Source: Eledone cirrhosa (Eukaryota). From it: a DNA stretch of 64,000 nt. The notes below the pieces were generated by a model that did not search any database, was not told the DNA's origin, and saw only the letters and a program-made list of their open reading frames with translations. The stretch spans positions 136,524,001-136,588,000 of the forward strand of contig OZ024743.1 in the NCBI GenBank assembly GCA_964016885.1. The letters are read 5' to 3'. Both the position numbers and the translations under genes were made by a program. This document shows, piece after piece, positions 23,201 through 34,000 of this stretch. The number at the start of each line of letters is the position of its first letter. Positions within the stretch are counted from its first letter, which is position 1.

Positions 23201-26200
23201 TTGGAGCTTGGTGCCTGCTGCTTGTTGTTTGGTGTTTTGTGCTTGGTGCTTGGTGTTTGGTGTTTGGTGCTTGGTGCTTGATGCTTGGTATCTGGTGTTT
23301 GGTGCTTGATGTTTGGTGTTTGGTGCTTGGTGCTTGGTGCTTGGTGTTTGGTGTTTGGTGCTTGGTGCTTGGTGTTTGGTGCTTGGTGTTTGGTGTTTGG
23401 TGTTTGATGCTTGGTGTTTGCTGCTTGGTGCTTGGTGCTTGGTGTTTTGTGTTTGGTGCTTGGTGCTTGGTGCCTGGTGCTTGGTGCTTGGTGCTTGTTG
23501 TTTGGTGCTTGGTGCTTGGTGCTTGGTGTTTGGTGCTTGGTCCTTGGTGCTTGGTGTTTGGTGTTTGGTGCTTGGTGTTTGGTGCTTGGTGTTTGGTGCT
23601 TGGTGCTTGGTGCTTGGTGTTAGGTGTTTGGTGCTTGGTGCTTGGTGTTTGATGTTTGGTCCTTGGTGCTTGTTGTTTGGTGTTTGGTGCTTGGTGCTTG
23701 GTGTTTGGTGTTTGGTGCTTGCTGCTTGCTGCTTGGTGTTTGGTGCTTGGTGATTGGTGCTTGGTGTTTTATGCTTGGTGCTTGGTGTTTGGTGCTAGGG
23801 GCTTGGTGCTAGATGCTTGGTGTTTGGTGCTTGGTGCTTGCTGTTTGGTGTTTGGTGCTTGGTGCGTGGGACTTAGTGTTTGGTGTTTGGTGCTTGGTGT
23901 TTTGTGCTTGGTGTTTGGTGCTTGGTGCTTGGTGTTTGGTGTTTGGTGCTTGGTGCTTGGGGCTTGGTGTTTGGTGCCTAGTGTTTGGTGCTTGGTGTTT
24001 GGTGCTTGGTGCTTGGTGCTTTGTGTTTGGTGTATGGTGTTTGGTGCTTGGTGTTTGGTGCTTGGTGCTTGGTGCTGGGTGGTTGGTGTTTGGTGTTTGG
24101 TGCTTGGTGATTGGTGCTTATTGTTTGGTGCTTGGTGCTTGGTGCTTGGTGCTTGGTCTTTGGTGCTTGGTGTTTGGTGTTTGGTGCTTGGTGTTTGGTG
24201 CTTGGTGATTAGTGTTTGGTGTTTGGTGCTTGGTGTTTGGTGCTTGGTGCTTGGTGCTGGGTGGTTGGTGTTTGGTGTTTGGTGCTTGGTGATTGGTGCT
24301 TATTGTTTGGTGATTGGTGCTTGGTGCTTGGTGCTTGGTCTTTGGTGCTTGGTCTTTGGTGCTTGGTGTTTGGTGTTTGGTGCTTGGTGCTTGGTGCTTG
24401 GTGATTAGTGTTTGGTGCTTGGTGCTTGGTGCCTGGTGCTTGGTGCTTGGTGCTTGTTGTTTGGTGCTTGGTGCTTGGTGATTAGTGTTTGGTGCTTGGT
24501 GCTTGGGGTTTGGTGTTTGGTGCTTGGGATTTGGTGTTTGGTGCTTGGTGCTTGGTGTTTGGTGCTTGGTGCTTGGTGTTTGGTGCTTGGTGCTTTGTGT
24601 TTGGTGCTTGGTGTTTGGTGCTTTGATGCTTGGTGCTTGGTGCTTGGTGTTAGGTGTTTGGTGCTTGGTGATTGGTGTTTGATGTTAGGTTCTTGGTGCT
24701 TGGTGTTTGGTGTTTGGTGCTTGGTGCTTGGTGTTTGGTCTTTGGTGCTTGCTGCTTGGTGCCTGGTGTTTTGTGTTTGGAGTTTGGTGCTTGGTGTTTG
24801 GTGCTTGATGCTTGGTGTTTGGTGTTTGGTGTTTGGTGTTTGGTGATTGGTGCTTGGTGTTTGGTGCTTGGTGCTTGGTGCTTGGTGTTTGGTGTTAGGC
24901 GTTTGGTGCTTGGTGCTTGGTATTTGATGTTAGGTTCTTGGTGCTTGGTGTTTGGTGTTTGGTGCTCGGTGCTTGGTGTTTGGTGTTTGGTGCTTGATGC
25001 TTGGTGCTTGGTGTTTTGTGTTTGGAGTTTGGTGCTTGGTGTTTGGTGTTTGGTGTTTGGTGTTTGGTGATTGGTGTTTGGTGTTTGGTGCTTGGTGTTT
25101 GGTGCCTGGTGCTTGGTGCTTGGTCCTTGGTGCTTGGTGTTTGGTATTTGGAGCTTGGTGCTTGGTGTTTGGTGTTTGGTGCTTGCTGCTTGCTGCTTGG
25201 TGTTTGGTGCTAGGGACTTGGTGCTTGGTGCTTGGTGTTTGGTGCTTGGTGTTTGGTGTTTGGTGCTTGGTGCGTGGGACTTGGTGTTTGGTGCTTGGTG
25301 TTTGGTGCTTGGTGTTTGGTGCTTGGTGTCTGGTGCTTGGTGTTTGGTGTTTGGTGCTTGGTGTTTGGTGCTTGGTGTTTGGTACTTGGTGTTCGGTGCT
25401 TGGTGCTTGGTGCTTGGTGCTTGGTGTTTGGTGTTTGGTGCTTGGTGCTTGGTGTTTGATGTTTGGTCCTTGGTGCTTGGTGTTTGGTGTTGTGTGCTTG
25501 GTGCTTGGTGCTTGGTGTTTGGTGCTTGGTGCTTGGTGCTTGGTGTTTGGCGTTTGCTGTTTGCTGTTTGGTGTTTGGTGTTTGCTGTTTGGTGTTTGCT
25601 GTTTGGTGTTTGGTGTTTGGTGCTTGGTGCTTGGTGTTTGGTGCTTGGTGCTTGGTGCTTGGTGTTTGGTCCTTGGTGCTTGGTGCTTGGTCTTTGGTGT
25701 TTGGGTTTTGGTGTTTGGTGCTTGGTGCTTGGTGTTTGGCGCTTGGTGCTTGGTGATTAGTGTTTGGTGATTGGTGCTTCGGGTTTGGTGTTTGGGGCTT
25801 GGTGTTTGGTGCTTGGTGCTTGCTGTTTGGTGATTGGTGTTTGGTTCTTGGTGCTTGGTGTTTGGTGTTTGGTGTTTGGTGCTTGGTGCTTGGTGCTTGG
25901 TGTTTGGTGCTTGGTGCTTGGTGCTTGGTGCTTGGTGTTTGGTGCTGCGTGCTTGGTGTTTGGTGTTTGGTGCTTGGTGCCTGGTGATTGTTGTTTGGTG
26001 TTTGGTGCTTAGTGCTTGGTGTTTGGTGTTTGGTGCTTGGTGCTTGGTGGCTAGTGTTTGGTGCTTGGTGTTTGGAGTTTGGTGCTTGGTGCTTGGTGCC
26101 TGGTGTTTCGTGCTTGGTGCTTGGTGCTTGGTGTTTGGTGTATGGTGCTTGGTGTTTGGTGTTTGGTACTTGGTGCTTGGTGCTTGGTGCTTGGTGTTTG

Positions 26201-29200
26201 GTGCTTGGTGTTTGATGCTGCGTGCTTGGTGTTTGGTGTTTGGTGCTTGGTGCTTGGTGTTTGGTGTTTGGAGCTTGGTGCCTGGTGCTTGTTGTTTGGT
26301 GTTTGGCGCTTGGTGCTTGGTGTTTGGTGTTTGGTGCTTGGTGCTTGGTGCTTGGTATCTGGTGTTTGGTGCTTGATGTTTGGTGTTTGGTGCTTGGTGT
26401 TTGGTGTTTGGTGCTTGGTGCTTGGTGTTTGGTGCTTGGTGTTTGGTGCTTGGTGTTTGATGCTTGGTGTTTGCTGCTTGGTGCTTGGTGCTTGGTGTTT
26501 TGTGTTTGGTGCTTGGTGCATGGAGTCTGGTGCTTGGTGCTTGGTGCTTGTTGTTTGGTGCTTGGTGCTTGGTGATTAGTGTTTGGTGCTTGGTGCTTGC
26601 GGTTTGTTGTTCGGTGCTTGGGGTTTGATGTTTGGTGCTTGGTGCTTGGTGTTTGGTTCTTGGTGCTTGGTGCTTGGTGTTTGGTGCTTGGTGCTTGGTG
26701 TTTGGTGCTTGGTGCTTGGTGTTTGGTGTTTGGCGTTTGCTGTTTGCTGTTTGGTGTTTGGTGTTTGCTGTTTGGTGCTTGGTGCTTGGTGTTTGGTGTT
26801 TGGTGTTTGGTGCTTGGTGCTTGGTGTTTGGTGCTTGGTGCTTGGTGCTGGGTGTTTGGTGCTTGGTGCTTGGTGTTTGGTTGTTGGTGCTTGGTGCTTG
26901 GTGTTTGGTCCTTGGTGCTTGGTGCTTGGTCTTTGGTGCTTGGGTTTTGGTGTTTGGTGCTTGGTGCTTGGTGTTTGGTGCTTGGTTCTTGGTGCTTGGT
27001 GCTTGGTGTTAGGTGATTGCTGCTTGGTGCTTGGTGTTTGGTGCTTGGTGCTTGGTGATTAGTGTTTGGTGATTGGTGCTTGGGGTTTGCTGTTTGGTGC
27101 TTGGTGTTTGGTGCTTGGTGCTTGCTGTTTGGTGTTTGGTGTTTGGTTCTTGGTGCTTGGTGTTTGGTGTTTGGTGTTTGGTGCTTGGTCCTTGGTGCTT
27201 GGTGTTTGGTGCTTGGTGCTTGGTGCTTGGTGTTTGGTGCTGCGTGCTTGGTGTTTGGTGTTTGGTGCTTGGTGCCTGGTGCTTGTTGTTTGGTGTTTGG
27301 TGCTTAGTGCATGGTGTTTGGTGTTTGGTGCTTGGTGCTTGGTGGCTGGTGCTTGGTGTTTGGTGTTTGGAGTTTGGTGCTTGGTGCTTGGTGCCTGGTG
27401 TTTCGTGCTTGGTGCTTGGTGTTTGGTGTTTGGTGCTTGGTGCTTGCTGTTTGGTGTTTGGAGCTTGGTGCCTGCTGCTTGTTGTTTGGTGTTTGGTGCT
27501 TGGTGCTTGGTGTTTGGTGTTTGGTGCTTGGTGCTTGATGCTTGGTATCTGGTGTTTGGTGCTTGATGTTTGGTGTTTGGTGCTTGGTGCTTGGTGCTTG
27601 GTGTTTGGTGTTTGGTGCTTGGTGCTTGGTGTTTGGTGCTTGGTGTTTGGTGTTTGGTGTTTGATGCTTGGTGTTTGCTGCTTGGTGCTTGGTGCTTGGT
27701 GTTTTGTGTTTGGTGCTTGGTGCTTGGTGCCTGGTGCTTGGTGCTTGGTGCTTGTTGTTTGGTGCTTGGTGCTTGGTGCTTGGTGTTTGGTGCTTGGTGC
27801 TTGGTGCTTGGTGTTTGGTGCTTGGTGCTTGGTGTTTGGTGCTTGGTGCTTGGTGTTTGGTGCTTGGTGTTTGGTGCTTGGTGCTTGGTGCTTGGTGCTT
27901 GGTGTTAGGTGTTTGGTGCTTGGTGCTTGGTGTTTGATGTTTGGTCCTTGGTGCTTGGTGTTTGGTGTTTGGTGCTTGCTGCTTGCTGCTTGGTGTTTGG
28001 TGCTTGGTGATTGGTGCTTGGTGTTTTGTGCTTGGTGCTTGGTGTTTGGTGTTTGGTGCTAGGGGCTTGGTGCTTGGTGCTTGGTGTTTGGTGCTTGGTG
28101 CTTGCTGTTTGGTGTTTGGTGCTTGGTGCGTGGGACTTAGTGTTTGGTGTTTGGTGCTTGGTGTTTGGTGCTTGGTGTTTGGTGCTTGGTGTTTGGGTCT
28201 TGGTGTTCGGTGCTTGGTGCTTGGTGCTTGGGGCTTGGTGTTTGGTGCTTGGTGCTTGGTGCTTGGTGTTTGATGTTGGGTCCTTGGTGCTTGGTGCCTG
28301 GTGTTTGGTGTTTGGTGTTTGTTGCTTGGTGTATGGTGCTTGGTGCTTGGTGCTGGGTGGTTGGTGTTTGGTGCTTGGTGCTTGGTGTTTGGTGTTTGGT
28401 GCTTGGTGCTTGTTGTTTGGTGCTTGGTGCTTGGTGCTTGGTCTTTGGTGCATGGTGTTTGGTGTTTGGCGCTTGGTGCTTGGTGCTTTGTGATTGGTGC
28501 TTGGTGCTTGGTGCTTGGTGTTTGGTGCTTGGTGCTTGGTGATTAGTGTTTGTTGCTTGGTGCTTGGGGTTTGGTGGTTGGTGCTTGGTGCTTGGTGTTT
28601 GGTGTTTGGTGTTTGCTGTTTGCTGTTTGGTGTCTGCTTTTTAGTGTTTGGTGTTTGCTGTATGGTGTTTGCTGTTTCGTATTTGGTTTTTGCTGTTTGG
28701 TGTTTGGTGTTTGCTGTTTGGTGTTTGGTGTTTGGTGCTTGGTGCTTGGTGTTTGGCTTTGGTGCTTGGTGCTTGGTGTTTGGTGCTTGGTGCTTGGTGT
28801 TTGGTGCTTGGTGCTTGGTGCTTGTTGTTTGGTGCTTGGTGCTTGGTGCTTGTTGTATGGTGTTTGGTGCTTGGTGCTTGGTGTTTGGTGTTTGCTGCTT
28901 GGTGTCTGGTGTTTGGTGCTTGGTGTTTGGTGTTTGGTGCTTGGTGCTTGGTGCTTGGTGTTTGGTGTTTGGTGCTTGGTGCTTGGTGTTTGGTGTTTGG
29001 TGCTGGGTGCATGGAGTTTGGTGCTTGGTGCTTAGTGCTTGGTGTTTGGTGTTTGGTGCTTGGTATTTGGTGTTTGGTGTTTGATGCTTGGTGCGTGGTG
29101 CTTGGTGCTTCGTGTTTTGTGTTTGGTGCTTGGTGCTTGGTGCCTGGTGCTTGGTGCTTGGTGATTAGTGTTTGGTGCTTGGTGCTTGGTGTTTGGTGCT

Positions 29201-31000
29201 TGGTGTTTGGTGCTTGGTGCCTGGTGCTTGGTGTTTGGTGTTTGATGCTTGGTGTTTGGTGTTTGGTGTTTGGTACTTGGTGTTCGGTGCTTGGTGCTTG
29301 GTGCTTGGTGCTTGGTGTTTGGTGTTTGGTGCTTGGTGCTTGGTGTTTGATGTTTGGTCCTTGGTGCTTGGTGTTTGGTGTTGTGTGCTTGGTGCTTGGT
29401 GCTTGGTGTTTGGTGCTTGGTGCTTGGTGCTTGGTGTTTGGCGTTTGCTGTTTGCTGTTTGGTGTTTGGTGTTTGCTGTTTGGTGTTTGCTGTTTGGTGC
29501 TTGGTGCTTGGTGTTTGGTGTTTGGTGCTTGGTGTTTGGTGCTTGGTGCTTGGTGCTGGGTGTTTGGTGCTTGGTGCTTGGTGTTTGGTTCTTGGTGATT
29601 GGTGCTTGGTGTTTGGTCCTTGGTGCTTGGTGCTTGGTCTTTGGTGCTTGGGTTTTGGTGTTTGGTGCTTGGTGCTTGGTGTTTGGTGCTTGGTGTTTGG
29701 TGCTTGGTGCTTGGTTATTAGTGTTTGGTGATTGGTGCTTGGGGTTTGGTGTTTGGGGCTTGGTGTTTGGTGCTTAGTGCTTGCTGTTTGGTGTTTGGTG
29801 TTTGGTTCTTGGTGCTTGGTGTTTGGTGTTTGGTGTTTGGTGCTTGGTGCTTGGTGCTTGGTGTTTGGTGCTTGGTGCTTGGTGCTTGGTGTTTGGTGCT
29901 GCGTGTTTGGTGTTTGGTGTTTGGTGCTTGGTGCCTGGTGCTTGTTGTTTGGTGTTTGGTGCTTAGTGCTTGGTGTTTGGTGTTTGGTGCTTGGTGCTTG
30001 GTGGCTGGTGTTTGGTGCTTGGTGTTTGGAGTTTGGTGCTTGGTGCTTGGTGCCTGGTGTTTCGTGCTTGGTGCTTGGTGCTTGGTGTTTGATGTTTGGT
30101 GCTTGGTGTTTGGTGTTTGGTACTTGGTGCTTGGTGCTTGGTGCTTGGTGTTTGGTGCTTGGTGTTTGATGCTGCGTGCTTGGTGTTTGGTGTTTGGTGG
30201 TTGGTGCTTGGTGTTTGGTGTTTGGAGCTTGGTGCCTGGTGCTTGTTGTTTGGTGTTTGGCGCTTGGTGCTTGGTGTTTGGTGTTTGGCGCTTGGTGCTT
30301 GGTGTTTGGTGTTTGGTGCTTGGTGCTTGGTGCTTGGTATCTGGTGTTTGGTGCTTGATGTTTGGTGTTTGGTGCTTGGTGTTTGGTGTTTGGTGCTTGG
30401 TGTTTGGTGCTTGGTGTTTGGTGTTTGGTGTTTGATGCTTGGTGTTTGCTGCTTGGTGCTTGGTGCTTGGTGTTTTGTGTTTGGTGCTTGGTGCTTGGTG
30501 CCTGGTGCTTGGTGCTTGGTGCTTGTTGTTTGGTTCTTGGTGCTTGGTGATTAGTGTTTGATGCTTGGTGCTTGCTGATTGGTGTTTGGTGTTCGGTTCT
30601 TGGTGCTTGGTGTATGGTGTTTAGTGTCTGGTGCTTGGTGCTTGGTGCTTGGTGTTTGGTGCTTGGTGCTTGGTGCTTGGTGTTTGGTGCTGCGTGCTTG
30701 GTGTTTGGTGTTTGGTGTTTGGTGCCTGGTGCCTGGTGCTTGTTGTTTGGTGTTTGGTGCTTAGTGCTTGGTGTTTGGTGTTTGGTGCTTGGTGCTTGGT
30801 GGCTGGTGCTTGGTGCTTGGTGTTTGGAGTTTGGTGCTTGGTGCTTGGTGCCTGGTGTTTCGTGCTTGGTGCTTGGTGCTTGGTGTTTGGTGTTTGGTGC
30901 TTGGTGTTTGGTGTTTGGTGCTTGGTGCTTGGTGTTTGGTGTTTGGCGCTTGGTGTTTGGTGTTTGGTGCTTGGTGCTGGGTGTTTGGTGCTTGGTGCTT
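20221..31000 (+). repeat. 10.7-kb higher-order duplication, copy 2
   Basis: Shares the rare 8-bp monomers GGTTTTTA (12366/23090) and GGTGCTTT (13893/24617) and the 6-bp GGCTTT (17975/28755) with copy 1. Carries a private 1-bp deletion at ~21148-21150. Confidence 0.92.
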
Positions 31001-34000
31001 GGTGTTTGGTGCTTGGTGCTTGGTTCTTGGTTTTTGGTCCTTGGTGCTTGGTGCTTGGTCTTTGGTGCTTGGGTTTTGGTGTTTGGTGCTTGGTGCTTGG
31101 TGTTTGGTGCTTGGTGCTTGGTGCTTGGTGCTTGGTGTTTGGTGCTTGGTGCTTGGTGTTTGGTGTTTGGTGCTGGGTGCATGGAGTTTGGTGCTTCGTG
31201 CTTGTGCTTGGTGTTTGGTGTTTGGTGCTTGGTATTTGGTGTTTGGTGTTTGATGCTTGGTTTTGGTGCTTGGTGCTTGGTGTTTGGTGCTTGGTGTTTG
31301 GTGCTTGGTGCCTGGTGCTTGGTGTTTGATGTTTGGTCCTTGGTGCTTGGTGTTTGGTGATTGGTGCTTGGTGCCTGGTGCTTGGTGCTTGGTGCTTGTT
31401 GTTTGGTGCTTGGTGCTTGGTGATTAGTGTTTGGTGCTTGGTGCTTGGTGTTTGGTGCTTGGTGTTTGGTGCTTGGTGCCTGGTGCTTGGTGTTTGGTGT
31501 TTGATGCTTGGTGTTTGGTGTTTGGTGTTTGGTACTTGGTGTTCGGTGCTTGGTGCTTGGTGCTTGGTGCTTGGTGTATGGTGTTTGGTGCTTGGTGCTT
31601 GGTGTTTGATGTTTGGTCCTTGGTGCTTGGTGTTTGGTGTTGTGTGCTTGGTGCTTGGTGCTTGATGTTTGGTGCTTGGTGCTTGGTGCTTGGTGTTTGG
31701 CGTTTGCTGTTTGCTGTTTGGTGTTTGGTGTTTGCTGTTTGGTGTTTGCTGTTTGGTGTTTGGTGTTTGGTGCTTGCTGTTTGGTGCTTGGTGCTTGGTG
31801 TTTGGTGTTAGGTGCTTGGTGTTTGGTGCTTGGTGCTTGGTGCTGAGTGTTTGGTGCTTGGTGCTTGGTGTTTGGTGTTTGGTGATTGGTGCTTGGTGTT
31901 TGGTCCTTGGTGCTTGGTGCTTGGTCTTTGGTGCTTGGGTTTTGGTGTTTGGTGCTTGGTGCTTGGTGTTTGGTGCTTGGTGCTTGGTGCTTGGTGCTTG
32001 GTGTTTGGTGCTTGCTGCTTGGTGCGTGGTGTTTGGTGCTTGGTGCTTGGTGATTAGTGTTTGGTGATTGGTGCTTGGGGTTTGGTGTTTGGGGCTTGGT
32101 GTTTGGTGCTTAGTGCTTGCTGTTTGGTGTTTGGTGTTTGGTTCTTGGTGCTTGGTGTTTGGTGTTTGGTGTTTGGTGCTTGGTGCTTGGTGCTTGGTGT
32201 TTGGTGCTTGGTGCTTGGTGTTTGGTGCTTGGTGCTTGGTGTTTGGTGCTTGGTGTTTGGTGCTTGGTGCTTGGTGCTTGGTGCTTGGTGTTAGGTGTTT
32301 GGTGCTTGGTGCTTGGTGTTTGATGTTTGGTCCTTGGTGCTTGGGGTTTGGTGTTTGGTGCTTGGTGCTTGGTGTTTGGTGTTTGGTGCTTGCTGCTTGC
32401 TGCTTGGTGTTTGGTGCTTGGTGATTGGTGCTTGGTGTTTTGTGCTTGGTGCTTGGTGTTTGGTGTTTGGTGCTAGGGGCTTGGTGCTTGGTGCTTGGTG
32501 TTTGGTGCTTGGTGCTTGCTGTTTGGTGTTTGGTGCTTGGTGCGTGGGACTTAGTGTTTGGTGTTTGGTGCTTGGTGTTTGGTGCTTGGTGTTTGGTGCT
32601 TGGTGCTTGGGGCTTGGTGTTTGGTGCTTGGTGCTTGGTGCTTGGTGTTTGATGTTGGGTCCTTGGTGCTTGGTGTTTGGTGTTTGGTGCTGGTGTTTGG
32701 TGTTTGGTGCTTGGTGCTTGGTGTTTGGTGTTTGGTGCTTGGTGCTTGGGGCTTGGTGTTTGGTGCTTGGTGCTTGGTGTTTGGTGCTTCTGCTTGGGGC
32801 TTGGTAGTTGGTGCTTGGTGCTTGGTGCCTGGTGTTTGGTGTTTGGTGTTTGGTGCTTGGTGTATGGTGCTTGGTGCTTGGTGCTGGGTGGTTGGTGTTT
32901 GGTGCTTGGTGCTTGGTGTTTGGTGCTTGGTGCTTGGTGCTTGTTGTTTGGTGCTTGGTGCTTGGTGCTTGGTCTTTGGTGCATGGTGTTTGGTGTTTGG
33001 CGCTTGGTGCTTGGTGCTTCGTGATTGGTGCTTGGTGCTTGGTGCTTGGTGTTTGGTGCTTGGTGCTTGGTGATTAGTGTTTGTTGCTTGGTGCTTGGGG
33101 TTTGGTGGTTGGTGCTTGGTGCTTGGTGTTTGGTGTTTGGTGTTTGGTGTTTGCTGTTTGCTGTTTGGTGTCTGCTTTTTAGTGTTTGGTGTTTGCTGTA
33201 TGGTGTTTGCTGTTTCGTATTTGGTTTTTGCTGTTTGGTGTTTGGTGTTTGCTGTTTGGTGTTTGGTGTTTGGTGCTTGGTGCTTGGTGTTTGGCTTTGG
33301 TGCTTGGTGCTTGGTGTTTGGTGCTTGGTGCTTGGTGTTTGGTGCTTGGTGCTTGGTGCTTGTTGTTTGGTGCTTGGTGCTTGGTGCTTGGTCTTTGGTG
33401 CATGGTGTTTGGTGTTTGGTGCTTGGTGCCTGGTGCTTGTTGTATGGTGTTTGGTGCTTGGTGCTTGGTGTTTGGTGTTTGCTGCTTGGTGTCTGGTGTT
33501 TGGTGCTTGGTGTTTGGTGTTTGGTGCTTGGTGCTTGGTGCTTGGTGTTTGGTGTTTGGTGCTTGGTGCTTGGTGTTTGGTGTTTGGTGCTGGGTGCATG
33601 GAGTTTGGTGCTTGGTGCTTAGTGCTTGGTGTTTGGTGTTTGGTGCTTGGTATTTGGTGTTTGGTGTTTGATGCTTGGTGCGTGGTGCTTGGTGCTTCGT
33701 GTTTTGTGTTTGGTGCTTGGTGCTTGGTGCCTGGTGCTTGGTGCTTGGTGATTAGTGTTTGGTGCTTGGTGCTTGGTGTTTGGTGCTTGGTGTTTGGTGC
33801 TTGGTGCCTGGTGCTTGGTGTTTGGTGTTTGGTGTTTGGTACTTGGTGTTCGGTGCTTGGTGCTTGGTGCTTGGTGCTTGGTGTTTGGTGTTTGGTGCTT
33901 GGTGCTTGGTGTTTGATGTTTGGTCCTTGGTGCTTGGTGTTTGGTGTTGTGTGCTTGGTGCTTGGTGCTTGGTGTTTGGTGCTTGGTGCTTGGTGCTTGG

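Noticed and set aside
30621-33599. 992-aa minus-strand ORF (and the 716, 837, 667, 562 and 529 aa ORFs) resembling a mucin-like or Pol II CTD-like heptad protein
   Set aside because: The length reflects the scarcity of A on the + strand (few TTA/CTA/TCA). The ATG comes from the GGTGCAT variant, and homologous copies are broken at different places. TKHQAPS is unrelated to YSPTSPS beyond its length.
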